Source of the DNA: Chiloscyllium plagiosum
Taxonomy: Eukaryota
DNA: 20,000 nucleotides
NCBI RefSeq assembly: GCF_004010195.1
Contig: NC_057751.1
Location: 4,946,098 to 4,966,097 of the forward strand
Direction of reading: 5' to 3'
The notes below the pieces were generated by a model. That model did not search any database, was not told where the DNA came from, and saw nothing but the letters and a program-made list of their open reading frames with translations. This document shows, one piece after another, positions 10,307 through 20,000 of this stretch. The position numbers were made by a program, and so were the translations under genes. The number at the start of each line of letters is the position of its first letter. Within the stretch, counting starts at the first letter, position 1.

Positions 10307-10595
10307 GGGTGGCACGGTGGCTAACACTGCTGCCTCACAGCGCCAGAGACCTGGGTTCAATTCCCGCCTCAGGCAACTGTCTGTGTGGAGTTTGCACATT
10401 CTCCCCGTGTCTGTGAGAGTTTCCTCCCACAGTCCAAAGATATGCAGGTTAGGTAAATTGGCCATGCTAAATTGCCTGTAGTGTTAGGTAAAGGGGTAAA
10501 TGTAGTGGAATGGATCTGGGTGGGTTGCTTTTCAGCAGGTCGGTGTGGACTTGTTGGGCCGAAGGGCCCGTTTCCACACTGTAAATAATCTAATC
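10307..10595 (+). mobile_element. HE1-type V-SINE (tRNA-derived) with 6-bp TTAAAC flanking duplication
   Basis: ggcacggtggct A-box, gggttcaattccc B-box, V-domain tgtgtggagtttgcacattctccccgtg, CR1/HER1-like tail ending (taatc)n. TTAAAC at 10301-10306 and 10596-10601. Confidence 0.92.
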
Positions 10596-10683
10596 TTAAA
10601 CTGCAGAGGATTCCTAATTGCAAGCAGACTCACCCAGAACCCTTCACAGGCACTGAGATCACTGAGCCAACATGAAACAGTTA

Positions 10684-13415
10684 GGGGTTTTTTGAAAAGA
10701 TTTGTAACTCAGGTTGAGGTTCTGGATGTAACTTTGCTCCCTGAGCTGGAGGTTTGTTTTAGACGTGTCGTCACTGTACGAGGTAACATCATCAGTGAGC
10801 CTCTGGTGAAGTGCTGGTGTTATGGCTCACTTTCTATTTACATGCCTTGGTCTCTAAAGGTGGGTGACATCATTTCCTGTTCTATATCTCAGAGGGTGGT
10901 AAATGGGGTCCAGATCAATGTGCTTATTGATGGAATTCCCAGTGAAATGCCAAGCTTCTGGGAATTCCCGTGTGTGTCTCTGTCTAGCCTGCCCCAAGAT
11001 GGATGTGTTCTTCCAGTCAAAGTGGTGTCCTTCCTCATCTGTATGTAAGAATACTAGTGGGTCATGTTGTTCTGTGGTTAGTTGATGCTATGAATCCTGA
11101 TGGCTAGTTTTCTGCCTGTTTGTTCAATGTAGTGTTTGATACAGTTCTTGCACGGTATTTTGTAAATGACATTAGTTTTGCTTGTTGTCTGTATAGGGTC
11201 TTTCAAGTTCATTAGCTGCTGTTTTGGTGTGTTCGTGAGTTTATGGGCTACCATGATGCCAAGGGGTCTAAGTAGTCTGGCAGTCATTTCCAAGATGTCT
11301 TTCATGTAAGGGAGAGTGGCTCGGGTTTCTGGGTGTCATTTTAAACAGGAACGACTACTATGAGAAAGCGAATGCACTGATTGAAGATGTGGACAGTTAC
11401 CAACAGGTGGCGATACACCCGACACCACAATGAGAGAACTTAATTACAGCCTAACTCCAAACAACTTCAGAAATCTGGAAAACGAAACAAGACCAACTTC
11501 CAGAAAATGAAACCAGATGAATCCAATACACCACACTTCTATGGATTACCCAAACTTCACAAGCCAGGAGCCCTCCTCAGACTCAGTCTCGCAACCTGGA
11601 ACACCAATGTACAGATTGGCCAAGGAGCTACACCAAAGACTAAAACACTTAGTAAAAGCCTCACTCCACTCCACCCAAGAATTCCTGAAGACCAAAGACA
11701 CTAAGATAGAAGAGGATGAAATAATGGTCTCCTCTAATGTAACAGCCCTGTTCACACCTGTCAACATCAACCTGGCCAAGGAAACACTGACTACATTATT
11801 AGACGACCCAAAGACACATACACCAAACACCAACAACTTCATCAACAAGGACAGTATTGTCAAGCTTGTGGACCTATGCCCTACCACCCACTGCACCTTC
11901 AACAACAAAACCTACAAACAAACCAAGGGAACACCCAAGGGATCTCTGATATCTTTGCTGATATCTGTATCTGATTGCTAATGGATGAGGCCAGACCCCT
12001 CAAAACATTTTAAGCAGGTAGCCCACACCATAACCTTGCTATTTGTTTATGCTACGTGTACAGTGGATATCCCTCGAGTAAATTCGCTAGTTTTAAACAA
12101 ACAGAATTTACAAACTTGTGGACTGAAACACAAAGAACAGAAAATAGAATCGCGGATAACTTATCCTGTCCAAGCCCAACATCAAATGATGCTGTTCCGA
12201 AAATACTTGCAACAGTCCCAGTCCACACGTCCCTGAGCACAAAGAGTCAAAATGACACAGATAGCTGACAGTTTGTGACATCAGAAGGGAAGAAGGAGAC
12301 AGAGAAGAGTCCACACCTTTTCCACACACAACTTGAAGCTCTCAACTGAATCTAAAAAAGCTCTAATCTAAACAAAGGCTAGCTACATAGTGAGCTGGCC
12401 ACTCCCTTTTGATTATTCCAGTTTCTTTTAAGACATCGAAGTCTTAGGCTGGAGGCATTATCTGTTCGGGTAAACAAAAGGGTCCCAATAAACTTTGGAA
12501 CCTTGGGTCATTGGAACTTCTCTATAAAGAAAAATCAAAGCCATAACAACTAGTATTGTTGCAACGTCACAGTAGGGCAAACAGCCAATGGGGAACTTGA
12601 AACCAGCGTCTCCATGAAAACAACCCATACAGACCAAATACTGAACTCCAGAAGCAATCACCCCAACACCCACAAACAAAGCTGCATCAGAACATGATTT
12701 CAATGAGCCACCACACACCGCAGCACAGAGCAGAAGAGAAATATCTTTCCAGCGTATTCAAAAAGAACACGTACCCACACAGTCCGCCAATTTCTCAGCA
12801 ACAAACCCAAACTAGCAGACACAGCACACATAGAAACACTCGGCACATTACCTTACATGAAAGACATCTTGGAAATGACTGCTAAGACTACTCAGACCCC
12901 TTGGCATCGTGGTAACCCACAAACCCACCAACAAACTAAATCAGCAGCTAATGAACTTGAAAGACCCTATACAGACAACAAGCAAAACTAATGTCATTTA
13001 CAAAATACCTTGCAAAAACTGTAACAAACACGACATTGGACAAACAGGCAGACAACTGGCCCCCAGGATACATGAGCATCAACTAGCCACAAAACGACAT
13101 GACCCTCTCTCACTAGTATCCTTACATACAGATGAGGAAGGACACCACTTTGACTGGGAGGACACATCCATCTTGGGACAGGCTAGACAGAGACACACAC
13201 GGGAATTCCATCAGTAAACACATTGATTTGGACCCCATTTACCACCCTCTGAGAAATAGAACAGGAAATGATGTCACCCACCCAACGAACCTAAACACAA
13301 ACAGAAAGTGGGCCATACCACCAAGGCTTCACCAGAGACTCATTGATGATGCTCCCTGGCATGGTGACGACACGTCTGAAACCAAACCTTCCAGCTCAGC
13401 CAGCAAACCTCCATT
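10684..13415. mobile_element. Penelope-like retroelement (Poseidon-like): inverted GIY-YIG/pLTR arm (10684-11337, minus) plus forward RT..GIY-YIG..pLTR copy (11334-13415), 13-bp TSD
   Basis: RT motifs PHFYGLPKLHKPG, MVSSNVTALFT, YKQTKGTPKGSLIS; GIY-YIG NVIYKIPCKNC..IGQTGR.L..RIHEH on both strands. TSD cat(g/c)aaacagtta at 10671-10683 and 13416-13428. Frameshifted. Confidence 0.93.
11976..12571. mobile_element. Probable solo LTR nested in the PLE
   Basis: ~600 bp of non-PLE sequence bounded TG(CTA)...(GTCA)CA, interrupting the PLE RT; resembles shark LTRs from recall (aggccagacccctcaaaa). No TSD. Confidence 0.6.
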
Positions 13416-13433
13416 CATCAAACAGTTACTCAC

Positions 13434-13555
13434 ATCGTAGGTGACCTCTTCCCCAAGATCCTTCTCCATTAGAAAGATTTTCGCTATGGCTTCACAAGGT
13501 CCCTGCAGGATGCGGGCAATCAGAGGATAGTCAGAATCCTTTAACTTGGTCCTTT
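13434..13555 (-). CDS. RASSF2: RASSF2 coding exon ERTKLKDSDYPLIARILQGPCEAIAKIFLMEKDLGEEVTYD
   Basis: Acceptor ttcccAG after a (CT)n tract, donor GTGAGT, 122 nt. YPLIARILQGPCE and EEVTYD are RASSF2-type. Confidence 0.96.
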
Positions 13556-13899
13556 CTGGGAAGACAGAGAGAGAGTGAGTGACAGAAAGAAAAAGAGAGA
13601 GAGAGTCAGACAGACAGACCATAATGAGAGAAAGTGTCTGCCCCTGAGTGAACATGTAGGAGGTGTACAGTGTGCCCCGTTCTCTGTGAGGACATGGTAA
13701 ACTGAGCAGGAAGTGGCCATTCAGCCCCTCCAGATGGATGGGAGTTAACTGTCAGCCCCACCCCCACATCTCTCACTCCCCTCCCCCCCCGAAATATGAA
13801 TAGGCTTGAATAACTTTGGCAATGAATCAGGCACAATCCTCGAGGCTCGGAAATTCCAAACAGGAAGATAACTTCTTCTCGACTGGGGGATAATCAGCC

Positions 13900-14100
13900 C
13901 GGCTGGGGGTTGCTGGGTCTGGGTGGGATGCACTTCAGTGGGCCAGTGCAAACTCAATGGGCTGACTGGCCTCCTTCCACACTGCAGGGATTCCATGCTG
14001 AATAGCTCTGGACTCAGTATGACTGTGTCATTCCTGTCCTTGAACTCCTGACCAATAAAGCCTAACGTGACATTCACCCCAACTGCTCTCCTCTTGCTGA
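13900..14100. mobile_element. CR1 tail fragments in both orientations
   Basis: ccagtgcaaactcaatgggctgactggcctccttccacactg (plus-strand tail); ccaataaagcctaac (antisense ORF2). Confidence 0.5.
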
Positions 14101-14448
14101 GATCTCGGAATCTCCCCAAGGCTCTGATGTTTCATTGAGGTTCTGGGTTGCTCCATGTGCTGTGGTGTCTGTGTGTCTCTCTGTGGATGACACACATTCA
14201 CAGCACCTTGGAGAATGCTTGTGTCCAATGGTGCTCTCTCATCCACTCACTCCATGCTCCTACTGATGATACCCAACCTTCACTCGGGATGCTCTTGACC
14301 CTCCTCTTGGCAAATGAATGCCAAGGCAAGGACCCAGTCTGTGCCAGTGTTTTGGGCATGACATTGGATGACAGCCATTGCTGTCTCCTCACTCGACAAC
14401 TTGGACAAGCTCTCAAGATGGATAAATCTTCATTAGCCACGGACTCAC

Positions 14449-14500
14449 CTCCGCTGGTGTGGACAATATAAAGTGCAAACTCGTCGGAACTGTTCTCGAT
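14449..14500 (-). CDS. RASSF2: RASSF2 coding exon, RA domain IENSSDEFALYIVHTSG
   Basis: Acceptor ctttcAG, donor GTGAGT, 52 nt. Translated by hand; matches human IENSAEEFALYVVHTSG. Confidence 0.95.
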
Positions 14501-15477
14501 CTGAAAGAAGAGGAGAAAGTCACATCGCTCAATCCTTCTCTTCGCCTTCCACCCTTCAGAGTTTCATGGTGGGGCTTTGCCAAATGCCCACACTCTGCTG
14601 CCCACCGCCACCACCCAGTCTCCTCTCCTCTCTTCCTGCAGGTGCTGGGTAAACTCCATCAGCCCGAGAAACGGGCAGGGAGCAGGGAGGGGGCTTTGGC
14701 CAATCATGTTGTGGATGATGCAACGATTGCCGGATCAAACTGGAGACCATGAAGGGTTTCTCTGTCACAAAGCCAGGGCTAACAATGGTGGGCCAGAGGT
14801 GGGAGTGCACTTGAAGATGAGAAGCAAGGGAAAGGGACATTTGTTTAAATGGATTTGGCGGGGGACTAGCATGGGCTTCCAGGGATGAAGGAAGTGACTG
14901 ATCAGGAAAGGATTCCAAATATCAGGAAGAGGTTCCAAGGCTAAAGAGGGGCACCAATGCAGTGCAGCAAGACGTGAGGTGCTGGGTGAAGGGGACTCAG
15001 TCTGACGGTACCAGGCAATAACAACAGTAGGGAAGGGGCAATATTACAGGAATGGAGACAGTGAGCAATTCCAGTATCGGTCAGAGCAGGTAACAGCAGG
15101 AGGCCATTCAGCCCATCCACTCTGCTTGGACATTCAATTCGTGGCTGACCTGATCACCCACAACTTCCCTTTCCTGCTTGTCCCCCATCGCCCTTCATCC
15201 CTCCCTGATTAAAAATCTCTCTGTCTCAGCCTTTAGTGACCCAGCCTCGCCATCCCTCTGCGGGAAAGAATCCCACAGCTTCACTCCCCTCAGACAGAAG
15301 AAACTCCTCCTCATCTCTCCCTTTCTGAGATGACACCCTCTGGTCCCAGACTCTCCCACAAGGGGAAACAGTCTCTCCACATCTCCCTGATTCCGTTCCT
15401 GACCAATCATCTGTTTTCAATCAAGTCAGTCCTCACTCTTTGTTCCTGTCAGTGAGTCCAGGCCTCCTGTTCAGACA

Positions 15478-15512
15478 TTCCTGATGAAGGGCTTTTGCCC
15501 GAAACGTCGATT
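15478..15512 (+). ncRNA. Minimal hammerhead ribozyme motif (PLE type)
   Basis: CTGATGA-A-GGGC-TTTT-GCCC-GAAAC-GTC: intact core, stem II hairpin, self-complementary ACGT in place of helix III; stem I weak. Confidence 0.7.
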
Positions 15513-15604
15513 TTGCTGCTCCTTGGATGCTGTCTGAATTGCTGTGCTCTTCCAGCACCACTGATCCAGAATCTGGTTTCCAGCATCTGCAGTCATTGTT
15601 TTTA
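15478..15604 (+). mobile_element. 127-bp Penelope-like terminal unit with 15-bp TSD cctcctgtt(c/g)agaca
   Basis: TSD at 15463-15477 and 15605-15619; starts at the hammerhead motif and ends ...ccagcatctgcagtcattgttttta. Confidence 0.85.
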
Positions 15605-15904
15605 CCTCCTGTTGAGACAGCCTGTCCATCTCTGGGACCAGCCGAGCATACCTTCTCTGGACTGCCTCTAAGGCCAATGTACCTTTCCTCAGATAATGGC
15701 GTCTCCTGTGCTAACCCCTATGGCCACTCCAGGCGTTAACAGGATTCCAGCATCAAACTGCTACCTTGCCATCACTGTCTGCTTTAATTAGTTAGCCAAT
15801 CCTCTACCCATGTTCATATCCAATCCCAGACACCAGGGGCTCTTATCCCATTACGTAATCTGGCATGTTATACCTTGTTGAATGTTCCTTTTTGGAAATC
15901 TGAT

Positions 15905-16367
15905 TCACAAGGATGTTGCCAGGGTTGGAGGGTTTGAGCTATCAGGAGAGGCTGAACAGGCTGGGGCTGTTTTCCCTGGAGCATCGGAGGCTGAGGGGTG
16001 ACCTTATCAAGGTCTTATAAAATCATGAGGGGCATGGCGAGAGTAAACAGAGATGATCTTTTCCCTGGGGTGGGGGAGTCCAGAACTAGAGGGCATAGGT
16101 TTTGGGTGAAAGAGGAACGATATAAAAGAGACCTAATGGGCAACTTTTTCATGCTGGGGATGGTACGTGGATGGAATGAGCTGCCAGAGGATGTGGTGCA
16201 GGCTGGTACAAAGACAACATTTAAAAGGCATCTGAATAGGAAGTGTTTGGAGGGATATGGGCCACGTGCTGACAAAGGGGACAAGATTAATTGAGGATAT
16301 CTGGTCAGCAGGGACGGGTTGGATCAAAGGGTCTGTTTCTGTGCTGTACATCTTTCTGAGTGTATGA
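15905..16367 (+). mobile_element. CR1 (HER1-like) LINE 3' end
   Basis: [34 protein letters not shown] / YKIMRG..LFPGVGESRTRGHRF..WNELPEDVV; tail gggtctgtttctgtgctgtacatct. Confidence 0.92.
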
Positions 16368-16826
16368 CATCCAGTTTTTCCCCTTCACCTGCTTGTTGAC
16401 ACCTCCAACAGCTGGAATACATTGCTCAGGCGTTTCTTTCTCCTCCATGAGACCACGCTGACTCTGCCTGAGCCTCCTCCCTATCTGGGAATGTGGCACA
16501 CTTTCATGTTCTCTGATGGACTCAGAGATTTTCCCCAGGAACAGACCTGGGAGTGGAGTGAACCGGGTACTGTCTGAGAGAAGCTGCTGAGGATTCCCAA
16601 AAGCAGGAAAAGACCTGGTCATAGGCCACAGCTTCAGTCAGGTCCCACAGCAGCTCATAACCAGGTCCATAAAGGACAAAACGATGGTGTGTTTGGAACA
16701 AATCACCCTTCATCCTCCTCCCACCCCCCCCAACACCCCACCCCCACCCTCACCCCCCCCAGCACTGTCAGGGTGCAGCACCCCCTCCTTCACCCAGCCC
16801 CGTACCCAGCCCATGGAACCACTGAC

Positions 16827-16928
16827 CTTAAACTTGTTCAGAAGCAAGTTGAGAACCTGCAGAGAGCTCATGGTGCTGTTGACACGAACATTAGTCACGG
16901 AACCGAACGCTGGTGTGAAGACAGATGT
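16827..16928 (-). CDS. RASSF2: RASSF2 coding exon, RA domain [34 protein letters not shown]
   Basis: Acceptor ttcccgcAG, donor GTCAGT, 102 nt, phase 0/0. Confidence 0.96.
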
Positions 16929-17409
16929 CTGCGGGAAAGGAAGAGAGTGTTTCACTCCAGACGGTTCAGTCTGACCACGGTGAGGGGAGAGGAGGTGAGG
17001 GGAGGGAAGTGATGCACAATGGAACACCAGCTCTCACACAGACAAAGAGCAAGGAGCACGGAGAAATACACAAGGTGAGGCCAGCAAACTGCCTGACACA
17101 CACGCCCCACTTCTCCCTCCCTCTCTCCCACTCAGCATCTCCAGCACACTCTCTGTTCTCAGCTCCCATCTCCAACATCCACTGGGCTGGCATTGTGAAG
17201 GACGGGCACATGCCTTTGCCAGCAGGGACGGACACACACGCTCAGTGTCTGGGACAGTGACTGGGAGCAGGAACCCAGCAGGGACTGCCTTTAACGGTGA
17301 CCCCTGCTCTCTGAAACTGCGGCCCGATGGAGCTGAGATCCCAGCACTGAGCTGGAGTGTACCGGCTCCACCTGAACAGATTCCTCACTCCACAGGAAAT
17401 CAGAGAGAC

Positions 17410-17527
17410 AGGGTTCGCCACCCCACAGTCCCTGCGGTTATAGATCAATGCAGGACCTCAGGTTCCCCTTCCCCACAGTCCCTGTGGTTATAGATCAATG
17501 CGGGACCTCGGGTTCCCCAGCCCACAG
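17410..17527. repeat. 50-bp tandem duplication (~2.3 copies)
   Basis: ccccacagtccctg(c/t)ggttatagatcaatgc(a/g)ggacctc(a/g)ggttcccc at 17421 and 17471. Confidence 0.92.
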
Positions 17528-17950
17528 ACCTGGGAGTGCTATGCCCTTGCTGGGAGCAGTGTGAAGGGAGTGGATGGGGCAGGGTGTATCTCTGCCCACT
17601 CCTGTGACCATGTGTGGGCAGTAACTTGCAGCAGTGGGTACCTGACCGAACAGGCAGCCACCAGGTGGAACCCGGAGTTGGAGAGTTGAGGGGCAGTGCA
17701 GCCATTGCTGCAGCTCCATCATTGAGACAGCCAGACAGTGATGGGCAAAAGGCAGGTCGAGGCAGCAGACAGAGTCTCAGTCACCTGTCTGATTCATCCA
17801 CACAAGCTATAGCTCTCATGCGCTGCAGGCTGCACCACGCACCATAGCTACTGCTCTCACCTCCTCGCTCCAAGCTGACAGGACAGCTGGTGATACAGAG
17901 CCCCTGCCTCTCCCTCAGGGATAGGAGCTGCTGTCTGAGTGGCTGTTTAC

Positions 17951-18108
17951 CTTGTGGTTGTAGAAGTGACCGTTGATGGAGAAGCGTTGGCGGCGGATCC
18001 TGCGCTTGTCGCTGGGCGAGCGGAGGTTGGCACGGCGAACGATCAGTGCCCCCGCGTCACTCTTGGTCCTCATCAGCTGGGAGCTGGCAGCCTCTCCCTG
18101 GGAATCTG
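17951..18108 (-). CDS. RASSF2: RASSF2 coding exon (A)[52 protein letters not shown] (basic NLS region)
   Basis: Acceptor tgttAG (alternative cAG 3 nt downstream, start 18105), donor [18 protein letters not shown] is the RASSF2/4/6 signature. Confidence 0.95.
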
Positions 18109-18226
18109 CTAACACAGGGGGGCACAGCACACAGTCACTGCCCCACTCTTCACCCCCCCACCGACACCCGCTTCAGGCTGGCACGCAATACTCTGACTTT
18201 CACCCACCCCCCTTCACCAGAGGCAT

Positions 18227-18283
18227 GGAGACAGAGAGAGAGAGACAGGAGAAAGAGAGAGACAGGAGAGAGAGAGAGAGAGA
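18227..18283. repeat. (GA)n microsatellite, imperfect
   Basis: gagacagagagagagagacaggagaaagagagagacaggagagagagagagagaga. Confidence 0.9.
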
Positions 18284-19022
18284 TGTTCCATCCCACCAAC
18301 ACACGCAGGGCAGGGGATGAAAGCACTATGCCAGCCTGGCAAGGCAGCAGGGAGAGGCCCGGACCCATCCCTGCCATAGATGGGAGGTCACTTTCCCCAG
18401 TCGCTCTATCCTCACACCTTGTTCATGCTAACAAGCACGGCCCCAGAGCTGTTCCGACCAGGACAATCGGATCCAAATCCTCAAAATCAGAGTCACGCCC
18501 TCTTTGTAACAATCCATCTTGGACATGGCAGGGGGGTGGGGGGGCAAGGGTTAGCCATCAGGAACTGCCCTTTAGCTGAGTGCCTGGCTCACATCATTGC
18601 AGAGGGCAGGTACATTGCTGTGGGTCTGGAGTCACACGTCGGCCAGACCAGGTCAAGGAGGGCTGTTTCCTTCCCTGCATGACCAGACTGGGACCCCATC
18701 TGCCATGGAGTGTCTGGGTCCCACAGAGGCCTGGGATAACTAACAGAGTGCCATCACCCCAGTGTCAACACCTCCCAGCGCCAGGCGGAGCAGTGAGGAA
18801 CATTCCCCACAAGGCAGGAGGCTCAGACGGCCCTCCGACCAAGACAAACTCAATTCCTCATTTTCCATCTGAGAGGAAGAGATGGAGGTGGAAAAGAGGG
18901 GGGAAAAGGCAGAGGCAGCACATCCAACTGGCCAGCATTGCAACCTCCGAGGGGCCGAATGGCCTCTATCGCAGGTGGAAAAGGATTGGGCAGCAGCACC
19001 ATTGGACGGATGATGGTCTTAC

Positions 19023-19117
19023 CGTTGTCAGTGCGTGGGCCAGGCTCCTTCTCCTCAGACAGACTCTCGGCATCGTCCACTTTCACATCTGGGATGAGAA
19101 ACGTGGTCTTAGGGAGC
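19023..19117 (-). CDS. RASSF2: RASSF2 coding exon, variable linker (R)LPKTTFLIPDVKVDDAESLSEEKEPGPRTDN
   Basis: Pyrimidine tract + cctcAG acceptor, GTAAGA donor, 95 nt. Phase 2 in / phase 1 out bridges the flanking exons exactly. Resembles human PKVQISEVDA region. Confidence 0.85.
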
Positions 19118-19250
19118 CTGAGGGAACAGACAGAGAGAGTGACAGAGACGTGGGGGGGAGGGAGTCACTGGAATGCGGGGGAGGGAGAGATGGGGTCGCC
19201 GGGGGGAGAAGGGAGCAGAGCTTCAACCTGGCCCATAGGGAAAGAACCAT

Positions 19251-19485
19251 TCAATCTGATTTGGAATTGATTTGGAATTGGAATTGATTTGGAATTGGAA
19301 TTGAATTGGAATTGAATGTCACGTGTACAGAGGCACAGTGAAAAGCTTTGTCTTGCGAGCAATACAGGCAGATCACAGAGTTAAGTAGCATAGGTAAGTT
19401 AATAATAGGTAAACAGCAGCAAACACAAAAACACAGGTACAGGTGAGTGTTAAGAGTTTGAGAGTCCATTCAGTATTCTGAATTC
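19251..19485 (-). mobile_element. Rex1/Babar-like LINE 3' end with expanded (TTGGAA/TTGAT)n tail
   Basis: Microsatellite 19259-19317 followed by tgtcacgtgtacagaggcacagtgaaaagctttgtcttgcgagcaatacaggcagatca. Confidence 0.65.
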
Positions 19486-19657
19486 GAATTCAAATTCCAA
19501 TCATCCTGCCATCATTCCCCCCCTCCCCCTCCCCCTGTTCACCTCCCCATTCCCCCCAGCCCATCCCGGGCCCTGGACCAGGGGTGGTGCCAGAGTGGTG
19601 GAGGGGTGATACAGAGGGGCAGTCCCCAGGGTAGAGGGAGGCGGGCTGTGTCCTTAC

Positions 19658-19809
19658 CTCTCAGGTTGGAGGCTGCAGCCAGAGTGCCAGGAGGTGGAGG
19701 ACGGAGGGGGTCGGAGTCGCTCGTTATCATCCTGCATCTGTAATCGGATCGGACGCCGCAAACCCCAGGAAATGTTCAGCAGCCCTTCGATGATCAACTC
19801 ACTCTCCTC
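19658..19809 (-). CDS. RASSF2: RASSF2 coding exon (first in window), [50 protein letters not shown]
   Basis: Acceptor ccctgcAG, donor GTAAGG, 152 nt. DDNERxRPPPSSxSWHSGC matches RASSF2 rather than RASSF4 (recalled sequences). Confidence 0.95.
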
Positions 19810-20000
19810 CTGCAGGGAGGGAGCGGGGGGGGGGGGAGAGAGAGAGAGAGGGGGACAGGTTGTGGTGAAGGGGGGATGGTGGTTAGAATAAAACCCAGTG
19901 AGAGAACAAGACAAAGAGAATGAAAGTCAGAAAGCAGAATAAACAAATACCTGATAGGGGGGGAGACAGAACGACAGGGAGGGAGAGAGAAAAGGACAGA

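Larger units (their letters stand above)
15090..15900 (-). mobile_element. CR1 LINE 3' region with internal deletions, interrupted by a PLE mini-insertion
   Basis: aggaggccattcagcccatc tail; peptides RLFPLVGESGTRG and ALEAVQRRYARLVPEM; DFQK-like RT piece near 15870-15900. Confidence 0.8.

Noticed and set aside
10307..10375. tRNA-like sequence with A and B boxes
   Set aside because: It is the head of an HE1-type SINE, not a complete cloverleaf. The same applies to 8110-8175 and 4300-4330.
14700..15080. Faint resemblance to the end of CR1 ORF1
   Set aside because: Too decayed to support by eye.
18046..19287. 177-aa and 235-aa plus-strand ORFs
   Set aside because: Antisense to RASSF2 in GC-rich, microsatellite-containing sequence; low-complexity translations.

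Overview
Vertebrate genomic DNA, almost certainly from a shark or ray (HE1/V-SINE, shark-type CR1 and Penelope-like repeats), split by a 500-N scaffold gap at 3570-4069. Right of the gap lie the last eight coding exons of RASSF2 on the minus strand (19809 down to the TGA stop at 9089). All have GT-AG junctions and compatible phases, totalling 849 nt; the 5' exons are outside the window and a probable ~2 kb 3'UTR follows. Left of the gap is one plus-strand lysyl oxidase-like exon (3350-3465, closest to LOXL2) with the Cu-binding HYH and the LTQ lysine. The rest is mostly transposon debris: CR1 fragments, tRNA-SINEs, a Rex/Babar-like 3' end, probable solo LTRs and several Penelope-like elements (PLEs). 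The most notable structures are three PLE insertions with readable target-site duplications: a 2.7-kb inverted-arm insertion at +6..+18 of a RASSF2 intron, a ~290-bp near-perfect palindrome, and a 127-bp ribozyme-plus-tail unit. All carry minimal hammerhead-ribozyme motifs. I found no convincing wholly novel gene system; most ORF-track entries are spurious. Family assignments are from recall of consensus sequences, not database searches.
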